Program-made: the position numbers and the translations under genes
Shown: positions 46,207-60,500 of the stretch, one piece after another
Numbering within the stretch: position 1 is the first letter of the stretch
Layout of the letters: the number at the start of each line of letters is the position of its first letter
The notes under the pieces: generated by a model
Told to the model about the DNA's origin: nothing
Seen by the model: only the letters and a program-made list of their open reading frames with translations
Databases searched by the model: none
Assembly: GCF_009914755.1 (NCBI RefSeq)
Contig: NC_060940.1
Strand: one strand, 5' to 3'
Source: the human T2T-CHM13v2.0 reference genome, Homo sapiens
DNA length: 64,000 nt

Positions 46207-49200
46207 TCATTGGTGATTCCACTCCATTCCATTCAATGATTCCATTCCATTTCTTTAAACAATGATTCCATTAGTTTCTATTCGATGATCCACTTGATTC
46301 CATTTGACGATGATTCCATTCGTGTCCATTCGATGATTCCATTTGATTCCATATGATGATGATTCCATTCGATTCCATACCATAATGATTCCATTCGAGT
46401 CCATTCAATGGTGATTCCATTCAATTCCATTCGATGATTCCTTTCGATTCCATTCAATGATGATGGCATTCGATTCCTTTCGATCATTCCCTTTGATTCC
46501 ATTCAAAGGTGATTTCATTCAAGTCCATTCGATAATTGCATTCGATTCCATTCTATGATGATTCCATTCGAGTCCATTTGATGATTCCATTCAATTCAAG
46601 TCAATGATGATTCCATTCGATTCCACTCGATGATTCCATTGGATTCCATTCGATGATGATTCCATTCAAATCCATTCGATAATTCAATTCAAGTCCATTC
46701 GATGATTATTCCAATCGAATCCATTCAAAGATTCCACTCAATTCCATTCGATGATGATTCCCTTAGATTCCATTCGATGATTCCACTTGATTCCATTTAC
46801 AATGATTCCACTCGATTCCATGTGATGATTCCATTCAATTCTATTCAATGATGTTTCCACTTGATTCCATTCGAACATGATTGCCTTTGATTCCATTCAA
46901 TGATTCCATACGGTTCCATTTGATGATGATTCCATTCGAGTGCATTAGATGATTCCATTCGAGTCCATTCGATGATTCCATTCGATTCCATTCGATGTTG
47001 ATTCTGTTCAAATCCATTCGATGATTCCACTCGATTCCATTCGATGACTCCATTTGATCCCATTCGATGATTTCCTTTGATTCCCTTTGATGATCATTCC
47101 ATTTGATTCAATTCGGTGATTTCATTTGATTCCATTCAGTGATGTTTCCATTCAACTCCTTTCGATGATGATTCCATTCGACTCCATTCGATTATGATTT
47201 CATTCAATTCCATTCGATAATGATTCCCTTCAAGTCCATTCGATGATTCCATTCGATTCCATTCAACGATGATTTGATTCGTGTCCATTCGATGATTCCA
47301 TTTGACTCCATTTGATGATGATTCCATTCGAGTCCCTTTGATGATTCCATTCAATTCCATTCTCCGATGATTTCTTTTGAGCCCATTCAATGCTTCCACT
47401 CGATTCCATATGATGATGACTCCATTTGATGAAATTCCATGATGATTCCATTCGCTTGCATTCGATGATGATTCCACTTGAGTCCGTTAGAAGATTCTAT
47501 TCAATTACATTCCATGACGATTCTGTTCGAGTCCATTTGATGATTCCATTAGACTCCATTTGACGATGATTCCATTCGATGTTATTCGATGATGATTCCA
47601 TTCAACTCCATTCGATGTTTCCATTCGAGTTCATTCTATTATTCCATTAGATTCCATTCGATGATGATTCCATTCGATTCCATTTGATGATTGCATTCTA
47701 TTTCATTTGATGATGATTCCATTCGAGTCCATTCGATGATTCCATTCGAGTCCATTTAATGAATCCATTGGTTTCAATTCTATGATGATTACATTGGATT
47801 CCATTCGTTGATGATTTCATTCGATTCCATTCAATGATGATTCCATTCAATTCCATTCAATGATTCCACTCAATTCCATACGATGATGATTCCATTTGAT
47901 TTGATTCGACAGTGAGCCATTCGATTCAATTCCATGATGATTCTATTTGATTCAATTGGTTGACATTTCCATTCGATTCCATTCGATGATGATTCCATTT
48001 GATTCCATTCAAAAATGATTCCATTCTAGCCCATTCAATCATTCCATTCGATTCTATTCAATGATGATTCCATTCATGTCGATTTGGTGATTCCATTTGA
48101 CTTCATTTGATGATGATTCCTTTCAAGTTCATTAGATGATTCCATTCGATTCCATTTGATGATGATCCCATTCGAGTCTATTCAGTGATTCCACTCGTTT
48201 CCATTCTATGATGATTCCATTCCATTCCATTCAATGATTCCATTCGATTCCGTTTGATGATGATTTCATTCGAGTCCATTTGATGATTCCATTTGATTCC
48301 ATTTGATGATGATTACATTCGAGTCCATACGATGATTCCACTCAATTCCATATGATGATGATTCCATTCGATTCCATTCGATGATTCCAGTCTATTCTAT
48401 TCAATGGTGATTCCATTCGAGTACATTAGATGATTCCATTCGATTCCATTCAATGATGATTCTATTTGTGTCCCTTAGATGGTTCCACATGATTCCATTT
48501 CATGATGATACTATTTGAGCCCATCCAATGATTCCCTTCGATTCCATTCGATGAGGATTCCATTCGATTCAATTCATTGGTGATTCTATTCAATTCAATT
48601 CTTTGATTCCATTCCATTCCATTCGACAATGATTCCATTCGATTTCTTTCGATGATTCCACTCGATTCCACTTGACATTGATTCCATTCGATTCCATTCA
48701 ATGATTCCGTTTGAATCCACTGGATGATGATTGCCATCGATTCCATTCGATCACTCCATTCTATTCCATTTGATGATGATTACATTCGATTCCATTTGAT
48801 GATTCCATCTGATTCTATTCGAGGATTCCATTTGATTCCATTCGATGATGATTCCATTCGAGTGCATTCGATGATTTCATTCGAGTACATCCAATGATTC
48901 CATTCGAGTCCATTTGATGATTCCATTTGATTCCATTTGATTATGATTCTACTAGAGTCCATTCAATGACTCCATTCGAATCCATTCAACAATTCCATTC
49001 GAGGCCATTCGATGATTCCATTTCATGATTCCATTCGAGTCCATTTAATCATTACAGTCGAGTCCATTTGGTGATTCCACTGGATTTCTTTTGATAATGA
49101 TACCATTCAATTACATTTGATGATGATCCCATTCAATTTCATTTGATGGTGATTCCATTAGAGTCCATTCGATGATTTCATTCGAGTCCCTTCATTGATT

Positions 49201-52046
49201 CCATCCGATTTAATTGGATGATGACTCCATTCGAGTCCATTCGATGCTTCCACTCGATTCCATTAGATGATTCCATTGGAGTCCATTTGATTGTTCCATT
49301 CGATTCTATTCGATTCCTTTCGAAGATTATTCCATTTGAGTCCATTCGATGATGATTCCATTCCATTCCATTCGATGATTCCGTTTGATTCCATTTGATG
49401 ATTCCCTTCGATTCCTTTCTTTGATGATTCCATTCCATTCCATTCAATGATTCCATTCGAATCTATTCCATGATGATTCCTTTCGATTCCATTCGCTGAT
49501 GTTTCCGTTCAATTCCATTCGATGATGATTCCATTCGATTCCATTCATTGAGGATTCCATTTGATTCCATTCAATGATGATTCCATTCTATTCCATTCAA
49601 TGATTGCATACAATTCCATTCAATGATTATCCCCTTAGAGTAAACTCAACGATTCCATTCAATACCATTCGATGATGATTCCTTTTGAGTCCATTCAATG
49701 ATTTCATTCAAGTCCATTTGATGATTCCTTTCAATTCCATTCTATGATGATTCCATTCGAGTCCATTCGATGATTCCATTCGATTGCATTCGATGATTCC
49801 ATTATATTCCATTCAACGATGATTCCATTCGAGTCCATTCCATGATTCCATTAGAGTACATTTAATGATTGCTTTGTTTTCAATTCGAAGATGATTACAT
49901 TGGATTCCATTCTATGATACCATTCGATTCCATTCAATGATGATTCCACTCAAATCCATTGGATGATTCCATTCGTGTCCATTCGGTGATTTCATTAGAT
50001 TCCATTCGAGGATGATTCCATTCGATTCCATTCGATGATTCCATTCAATTCCATTTGATGATGATTCCATTCCAGTCCATATGATCATTCCATTTGATTT
50101 CATTCGATGATGATTCCATTCGATTCCATTCGATGATTCCATTCTATTCCATTCGATGATGATTCAATTCGAGTCCATTCGATGATTCCATTCGAGTCCA
50201 TTTAATGATTCCATTGGGTTCAATTCAATGATGATTACATTGGATTCTGTTCTATGATTCCATTCAATTCCGTTCATTGACAATTTGATTCCATTCGATG
50301 ATGATTCCATTTGAGTTCATTCGATGATTCTATTCGATTCTCTTCGATAGTGATTCAATTCTATTATATTGGATGATTCCATTCGATTCCATTTGATGTT
50401 GATTCAATTCGATTCTATTCGATGATGATTCCATTGGATTTCACTTGATGATTCTATTCGATTCCATTCAATGATGATTCACTTCTCGTCCATTGGATGA
50501 TTCCATTTCATTCCATTCGATGATGATTCCATTCGATTCCATTCGATGATTCCATTTGATTCCATGCGTCGGTGAGCAATTCGATTCAATTCCATGATGA
50601 TTCTATTTGATTCAATTAGATGATGTTTCCATTCGAATCCATTCCATGATTATTCCATTGGAATCCATTCGGCGATGATTCCATATGAGTCAATTCAATG
50701 ATGATTCCATATGTGTCCGTTCGATGATAATTCCATTTGATTTCATTCGGTGCTTCTATTCAATTCCAGTCGATGATGATTCCGTTGGAGTCCATACGAT
50801 GATTCCATTTGATTTCATTTGATGATGATTCCATTCGATGATGATTACATTGGATTCCATTCTATGATTCCATTCAATTCCATTCGTTGATGATTCGATT
50901 CCATTCAATGATGATTCCATTTGAGTTCATTCGATGATTCTATTCGATTCCGTTCGATGGTGATTCAATTCTCTTATATTGGATGAATCCACTCGATTCC
51001 ATTTGATGATTATTCCATTGGAGTCCACTTAGTGAATCCTTCAGATTCTACTCGAAGATGATTCCATTCAAGTCCATTCGATGATACCATTCAATTCCAT
51101 TCGTTGATGCTTCCATTCAAGTGCATTCGATGATATCATTCGATTCCATTTGATGATAATTCCATTTGATTCCATGCGATGATTCTATTCGATTCCATTC
51201 AATGATAATTCCATTCAGTTCAGTGATTCCTCTGGACTCCATTTGATGATGATTCCATTCAATGATTCCATTCGATTCTATTCGAAAATGATTCCATTTG
51301 AATCCATTTGATGATGATTCCATTAGATTCCATTTGATGATTCCATTCGATTCCATGCGACGATGATTCCATTCGATTCCATGTGATGATTCCATTCTAT
51401 TCTATTCGATGATGATTCCATTCAATTCCATTCGATGATGATTGGATTCGATTCCATTTGATGTTTTCATTTGATTCCATTCGTTAATGATTTCGATCAA
51501 TTCCATTCGATGATTCCATTCGATTCCATTCGATAATGATTACATCCGTGTCCATTCAATGATTCCATTTGAGCCTGTTCGATAATTCCATTTGTGTCCA
51601 ACCAATGATTCCATTCATTTCCATTCAATGATTCCATTCGAGTCCATTTGATCATTCCGGTAGGGTCCATTCGATGTTGATTCCATTGGAGTGCATTCGA
51701 TGATTCCATTCGAGTCCATTTTATGATTTGATTCGAGTCCTTTCGATGATTCCATTCGATTCCACTCGATGATGATTTCATTCGAGTCCATTCGACACTT
51801 CCAATCGATTCCATTTGATGTTTCCATTCGAGTTCAATTGATGATTCCATTCAATTCCATTCGATGATGATTCCGTACGATTCCATTCTGTGATGATTCC
51901 ATGTGATTGCATTCAATGATGATTACTTTAGATTGCATTCGATTGTGATTCATTTCGTGTTCATTCTATGGTTCCACAGGTTTCCATTCGTGTCCATTCC
52001 ATTATTCCATTCTATTCCATTTGATGATGATTCCATTCGATTCCAT
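46207..52046 (+). repeat. 5,840-bp deletion-derivative unit (+3, -72, -23, -170, -10 bp vs canonical)
   Basis: The offset to canonical landmarks steps 40769>40772>40700>40677>40507>40497. Deletion junctions are at ~46930, ~47590, ~48305 and ~49020. Confidence 0.87.
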
Positions 52047-55000
52047 TCATTGGTGATTCCACTCAATTCCATTCAATGATTCCATTCCATTTCTTTCAAC
52101 AATGATTCCATTAGTTTCTAATCGATGATCCACTTGATTCCATTTGACGACGATTCCATTCTTGTCCATTCGATGATTCCATTTGATTCCATATGATGAT
52201 GATTCCATTCGATTCCATACCATGATGATTCCATTCGAGTCCATTCAATGGTGATTCCATTCAATTCCATTCGATGATTCCTTTCGATTCCATTCGATGA
52301 TGATGGCATTCGATTCCTTTCAATCATTCCCTTTGATTCCATTCAAAGGTGATTTCATTCAAGTCCATTCGATAATTGCATTCGATTCCATTCTATGATG
52401 ATTCCATTCGAGTCCATTTGATGATTCCATTCAATTCAAGTCAATGATGATTCCATTCGATTCCATTCGATGATTCCATTGGATTCCATTCGATGATGAT
52501 TCCATTCAAATCCATTCGATAATTCAATTCAAGTCCATTCAATGATGATGAAAATCGAATCCATTCAAAGATTCCATTCAGTTCCATTCGATGATTCCCT
52601 TAGATTCCATTCGATGATTCCACTTGATTCCATTTACGATGATTCCATTCGATTCCATGTGATGATTCCATTCAATTCTATTCAATGCTGTTTCCATTTG
52701 ATTCCATTCGACCATGATTGCCTTTGATTCCATTCAATGACTCCATTCGGTTCCTTTTGATGATGATTCCGTTCGATTCCATTTCATTATTCCATTTGAT
52801 TCCATTGGATGAGTCCATTCGATTACATTCGATGATTATTCCATTCGAGTGCATTAGATGATTCCATTCGAGTCCATTCGATGATTCCATTCGATTCCAT
52901 TCGATGTTGATTCTGTTCAAATCCATTCGATGATTCCACTCGATTCCATTCGATGACTCCAGTTGATCCCATTCGATGATTTCCTTTGATTCCCTTTGAT
53001 GATCATTCCATTTGATTCAATTCGGTGATTTCATTTGATTCCATTCAGTGATGTTTCCATTCGACTCCATTCGATGATGATTCCATTCGACTCCATTCGA
53101 TTATGATTTCATTCAATTCCATTCGATAATGATTCCCTTCGAGTCCATTCGATGATTCCATTCGATTCCATTCAACGATTATTTGATTCGTGTCCATTCG
53201 ATGATTCCATTTGATTCCACTTGATGATGATTCCATTCGAGTCCATTTGATGATTCCATTCAATTCCATTCTCCGATGATTTCTTTTGAGCCCATTCAAT
53301 GCTTCCACTCGATTCCATATGATGATGACTCCATTCGATGAAATTCGATGATGATTCCATTCGCTTGCATTCGATGATGATTCCACTTGAGTCCATTAGA
53401 AGATTCTATTCAATTACATTCCATGACGATTCCGTTCGAGTCCATTTGATGATTCCATTAGACTCCATTCGACGATGATTCCATTCGATGTTATTCGATG
53501 ATTCCATTCGATCTCATTCGATGATGATTCCATTCAACTCCATTCGATGTTTCCATTCGAGTTCATTCTATTATTCCATTAGATTCCATTCGATGATGAT
53601 TCCATTCGATTCCATTTGATGATTGCATTCTATTTCATTTGATGATGATTCCATTCGAGTCCACTCGATGATTCCATTCGAGTCCATTTAATGAATCCAT
53701 TGGTTTCAATTCTATGATGATTACATTGGATTCCATTCGTTGATGATTTCATTCGGTTCCATTCAATGATGATTCCATTCAATTCCTTTCAATGTTTCCA
53801 TTCAATTCCATACGATGATGATTCCATTTGATTTGATTCGACAGTGAGCCATTCGATTCAATTCCATGATGATTCTATTTGATTCAATTGGTTGACATTT
53901 CCATTCGATTCCATTCGATGATGATTCCCATTGATTCCATTCAAAGATGATTCCATTCTAGCCCATTCAATCATTCCATTCGATTCTATTCAATGATGAT
54001 TCCATTCATGTCGATTTGGTGATTCCATTTGACTTCATTTGATGATGATTCCTTTCAAGTTCATTAGATGATTCCATTCGATTCCATTTGATGATGATCC
54101 CATTCGAGTCCATTCAGTGATTCCACTCGTTTCCATTCCATGATGATTCCATTCCATTCCATTCAATGATTCCATTCGATTCCGTTTGATGATGATTTCA
54201 TTCGAGTCCATTTGATGATTCCATTTGATTCCTTTCGATGATGATTTCATTCGAGTCCATTCGATGATTCTATTCGAATCCATTTGATGATTTCTTTTGA
54301 TTATAGTTGGTGATGATTCCATTGGAGTCCATTCAATGATTCCATTTGATTCCAATCGATGGTGATTCCATTAGAGTCCATTTAATGATTCCATTTGATT
54401 CCAGTCTCTGATGATTACATTCGAGTCCATACGATGATTCCACTCAATTCCATATGATGATGATTCCATTCGATTCCATTCCATGATTCCATTCTATTCT
54501 ATTCAATGGTGATTCCATTCGAGTACATTAGATGATTCCATTCGATTCCATTCAATGATGATTCTATTTGTGTCCCTTAGATGGTTCCACATGATTCCAT
54601 TAGATGATGATACTATTTGAGCCCATCCAATGATTCCCTTCGATTCCATTCGATGAGGATTCCATTCGCTTCAATTCATTGGTGATTCTATTCAATTCAA
54701 TTCTTTGATTCCATTCCATTCCATTCGACAATGATTCCATTCGATTTCTTTCGATGATTCCACTCGATTCCACTTGACATTGATTCCATTCGATTCCATT
54801 CAATGATTCCATTTGATTCCAGTGGATGATGATTGCCATCGATTCCATTCGATCACTCCATTCTATTCCATTTGATGATGATTACATTCGATTCCATTTG
54901 ACGATTCCATCTGATTCTGTTCGAGGATACCATTTGATTCCATTCGATGATGATTCCATTCCAGTCCATTCGATGATTTCATTCGAGTACATCCAATGAT

Positions 55001-57543
55001 TCCATTCGAGTCCATTTGATGATTCCATTTGATTCCATTTGATAATGATTCTACTAGAGTCCATTCAATGACTCCATTGGAGTCCATTTAACAATTCCAT
55101 TCGACTCCATTTGATGATTCCATTCGATTCCATTTGATGGTTCCATTCGAGTCCATTTAATCATTACAGTCGAGTCCATTTGGTGATTCCACCGGATTTC
55201 TTTTGATAATGATACCACACAATTACATTTGATGATGATCCCATTCAATTTCATTTGATGATGATTCCATTAGAGTCCATTCGATGATTTCATTCGAGTC
55301 CCTTCACTGATTCCATCCGATTTCATTGGATGATGACTCCATTCGAGTCCATTCAATGATTCCACTCGATTCCATTAGATGATTCCATTGGAGTCCATTT
55401 GATTGTTCCATTCGATTCCATTCGATTCCTTTCGAAGATTATTCCATTTGAGTCCATTCGATGATGATTCCATTCCATTCCATTCGATGATTCCGTTTGA
55501 TTCCATTCGATGATTCCCTTCGATTCCTTTCTTTGATGATTCCATTCCATTCCATTCAATGATTCCATTCGAATCTATTCCATGATGATTCCTTTCGATT
55601 CCATTCGCTGATGTTTCCGTTCAATTCCATTCGATGATGATTCCATTCGATTCCATTCATTGAGGATTCCATTTGATTCCATTCAATGATGATTCCGTTC
55701 TATTCCATTCAATGATTGCATTCAATTCCATTCAGTGATTATCCCCTTAGAGTAAACTCAACGATTCCATTCAATACCATTCGATGATGATTCCTTTTGA
55801 GTCCATTCAATGATTTCATTCAAGTCCATTTGATGATTCCTTTCAATTCCATTCTATGATGATTCCATTCGAGTCCATTCGATGATTCCATTCGATTGCA
55901 TTCGATGATTCCATTATATTCCAGTCAACGATGATTCCATTCGAGTCCATTCGATGATTCCATTAGAGTACATTTAATGATTGCTTTGTTTTCAATTCGA
56001 AGATGATTACATTGGATTCCATTCTATGATACCATTCGATTCCATTCAATGATGATTCCACTCAAATCCATTGGATGATTCCATTCGTGTCCATTCGGTG
56101 ATTTCATTAGATTCCATTCGAGGATGATTCCATTCGATTCCATTCGATGATTCCATTCAATTCCATTCGATGATGATTCCATTCCAGTCCCTATGATCAT
56201 TCCATTTGATTTCATTCGATGATGATTCCATTCGATTCCATTCGATGATTCCATTCTATTCCATTCGATGATGATTCCATTCGAGTCCATTCGATGATTG
56301 CATTCGAGTCCATTTAATGATTCCATTGGGTTCAATTCAATGATGATTACATTGGATTCCGTTCTATGATTCCATTCAATTCCGTTCATTGACAATTTGA
56401 TTCCATTCGATGATGATTCCATTTGAGTTCATTCGATGATTCTATTCGATTCTCTTCGATGGTGATTCAATTCTATTATATTGGATGATTCCATTCGATT
56501 CCATTTGATGTTGATTCAAATCGATTCTATTCGATGATGATTCCATTGGATTTCACTTGATGATTCTATTCGATTCCATTCAATGATGATTCACTTCTCG
56601 TCCATTGGATGATTCCATTTCATTCCATTCGATGATGATTCCATTCGATTCCATTCGATGATTCCATTTGATTCCATGCGTCGGTGAGCAATTCGATTCA
56701 ATTCCATGATGATTCTATTTGATTCAATTAGATGATGTTTCCATTCGAATCCATTCCATGATTATTCCATTGGAATCCATTCGGCGATGATTCCATATGA
56801 GTCAATTCAATGATGATTCCATATGTGTCCGTTCGATGATAATTCCATTTGATTTCATTCGGTGCTTCTATTCAATTCCAGTCGATGATGATTCCGTTGG
56901 AGTCCATACGATGATTCCATTTGATTTCATTTGATGATGATTCCATTCGATGATGATTACATTGGATTCCATTCTATGATTCCATTCAATTCCATTCGTT
57001 GATGATTCGATTCCATTCAATGATGATTCCATTTGAGTTCATTCGATGATTCTATTCGATTCCGTTCGATGGTGATTCAATTCTCTTATATTGGATGAAT
57101 CCACTCGATTCCATTTGATGATTATTCCATTGGAGTCCACTTAGTGAATCCTTCAGATTCTACTCGAAGATGATTCCATTCAAGTCCATTCGATGATACC
57201 ATTCAATTCCATTCGTTGATGCTTCCATTCAAGTGCATTCGATGATATCATTCGATTCCATTTGATGATAATTCCATTTGATTCCATGCGATGATTCTAT
57301 TCGATTCCATTCAATGATAATTCCATTCAGTTCAGTGATTCCTCTGGACTCCATTTGATGATGATTCCATTCAATGATTCCATTCGATTCTATTCGAAAA
57401 TGATTCCATTTGAATCCATTTGATGATGATTCCATTAGATTCCATTTGATGATTCCATTCGATTCCATGCGACGATGATTCCATTCGATTCCATGTGATG
57501 ATTCCATTCTATTCTATTCGATGATGATTCCATTCGATTCCAT
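52047..57543 (+). repeat. 5,497-bp unit: canonical phase ending in a 615-bp deletion junction
   Basis: Landmarks keep canonical spacing from 52047 to 57507, then unit position ~4824 is joined to ~5440 at 57520-57545. Confidence 0.87.
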
Positions 57544-60500
57544 TCATTGGTGATTCCACTCAATTCCATTCAATGATTCCATTCCATTTCTTTCAACAAT
57601 AATTCCATTACTTTCTATTCGATGATCCACTTGATTCCATTTGGCGATGATTCCATTCGTGTCCATTCGATGATTCCATTTTATTTCATATGATGATGAT
57701 TCCATTCGATTCCATACCATGATGATTCCATTCGATTCCATTCAATGGTGATTCCATTCAATTCCATTCGATGATTCCTTCCGATTCCATTCGATGATGA
57801 TGGCATTCGATTCCTTTCAATCATTCCCTTTGATTCCATTCAAAGGTGATTTCATTCAAGTCCATTCGATAATTGCATTCGATTCCATTCTATGATGATT
57901 CCATTCGAGTCTATTTGATGATTGCATTCAATTCAAGTCAATGATGATTCCATTTAATTCCACTCGATGATTCCATTGGATTCCATTCGATGATGATTCC
58001 ATTCAAATCCATTCGATAATTCAATTCAAGTCCATTCGATGATGATTCCAATCGAATCCATTCAAAGATTCCATTCAATTCCATTCGATGATGATTCCCT
58101 TAGATTCCATTCGATGATTCCACTTGATTCCATTTACGATGATTCCATTCGATTCCATGTGATGAATCCATTCAATTCTATTCAATGATGTTTCCATTTG
58201 ATTCCATTGGACCATGATTGCCTTTGATTCCATTCAATGATTCCATTCGGTTCCATTTGATGATGATTCCGTTCGATTCCATTTCATTATTCCATTTGAT
58301 TCCATTGGATGAGTCCATTCGATTACATTCGATGATTATTCCATTCGAGTGCATTAGATGATTGCATTCGAGTCCATTCGATGATTCCATTCGATTCCAT
58401 TCGATGTTGATTCTGTTCAAATCCATTCGATGATTCCACTCGATTCCATTCGATGACTCCATTTGATCCCATTCGATGATTTCCTGTGATTCCCTTTGAT
58501 GATCATTCTATTTGATTCAATTCGGTGATTTCATTTCATTCCATTCAGTGATGTTTCCATTCGACTGTATTCGATGATGATTCCATTCGACTCCATTCGA
58601 TTATGATTTCATTCAATTCCATTCAATAATGATTCCCTTCGAGTCCATTCGATGATTCCATTCGATTCCATTCATCGATGATTTGATTCGTTTCCATTCG
58701 ATGATTCCATTTGATTCCACTTGATGATGATTCCATTCGAGTCCATTTGATGATTCCATTCGAGTCTATTTATGTATTATATTCGTGTCCACTTCATGAT
58801 TCCATTCAATTCCATTTAATGTTGATTCCATTTGATTCCATTTGATGATTCAGTTCGATTCCTTGCAATGATTCCCTACGATTCCTTTCTATGATGATTC
58901 CATTCGATTCCATTCATTGATGATTTCATTCGACTCCATTCGATGATGATTCCTTTCGATTCCATTTGACGATGTTTCCATTCGAGTCCATTCGATGATG
59001 ATTCTATTCAATTCTGTTCTATTATGATTCCATTCGATTTCATTCAATGCTTCTATTTGATTCCATTCGATGATGATTCCATCTCTTTCCCTTCGATGAT
59101 TCCATTTGATTCCATTCAGTGATGATTCCATTTGATTCCATCTGATGATGATTTCACTTGATTCCTTTCAATGATGATTCAATTCAAGTCCATTCGATGA
59201 TTCCATTGGAGTCCAAACGATCATTCCGTTCGATTCCATTCAATGGTGATTCCATTCATGTCCATTCGATGAATCCATTCAATTCCATTCGATGATGACT
59301 CCATTCGAGTACATTCGATGATTCCATTTGATTCCATTTGAAGATGATTCCATTCAATTCCATTCGAAGATGATTCCATTCAATTCCATTCGATGATGAT
59401 TCCGTATGAATCCATTCTCTGATTATTCCATTCGATTCCATTCATTGACGATTCCATTCAATTCCATTCAATGATGATTCTCTTCTATTCCATTCGATGA
59501 TTCCGGTCGATTCCATTCGATGATGATTCCATTAGATTCCATTCGATTGTTGCATTCGATTCCCTTCGATGATGATTCCTTTGAATTCCATTCGATTATC
59601 ATTCCGTATGAATCCATTTGATGATTATTCCATTGGATTCCTTTCGATGATGATTCCATTCGATTCCATTTGATGATGTTTCTCTTGTATTCCATTGGAT
59701 AATTCCTTTCAGTTCCCTTCGATGATTATTCTTTCGAGTCAATTCGATGATTCTATTCCATTCCCTTCGATGATGATTCCATTTCACTCCATTTGATGAT
59801 TCCATTCGACTCAATTTGGTGATGATTCAATTCGATGACATTCGATGACTCCATTCAATTTCATTTGATGATGATTACATTCGAGTCCATTTGATGATTG
59901 TATTCCTTTCCTTTTGATGATTATTCCATTCGTGTCTATTCAAAGGTTCCATTCTATTCCATTCAATGATGATTTCATTTGATTCCATTCAATGATTATG
60001 GCTATCGATTCCACTCGTTGATTCCATTTGATTCCGTTCGATGATTATTCCGTTAGATTCCATTAGAAGATTCCATTCGATTTTATTCAATGATTCCAAT
60101 GGATTCCATTCAATGATGATTCCATTCGACACCATTCAGTGATTCCATTCGAGTCCATTTGATGATTCCATTCTTTTCCATTTGATGATGATTCCATTAG
60201 GGTCCATTCAATGATTCCATTCGAGTCCATTCGTTAATGCCTTTCGAGTCCTTTTGATCACTACATTCGAGTCCATTCAATGATTCTATTCGATTCCATT
60301 CCATGATGATTCCATTCGAGTTCATTCGATGATTGCATTCGAGTCCATTTGATGATTCCATATGATTCCCTTCGACAATGCTTCCATTCGTGTCCATTTG
60401 ATGATTCCATTCATTTCCTATCGATGAAGATTCCATTCAAGTGTATTCGATGATTCCATTCAAATCCATTCGATGATGATTCCATTCCAGTCCATTCGAT

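Noticed and set aside
52542-52727. Single plus-strand ORF (61 aa, MMMKIESIQR...)
   Set aside because: A chance stop-free frame starting in an ATGATGATG satellite motif, opened by local variants in one copy only.
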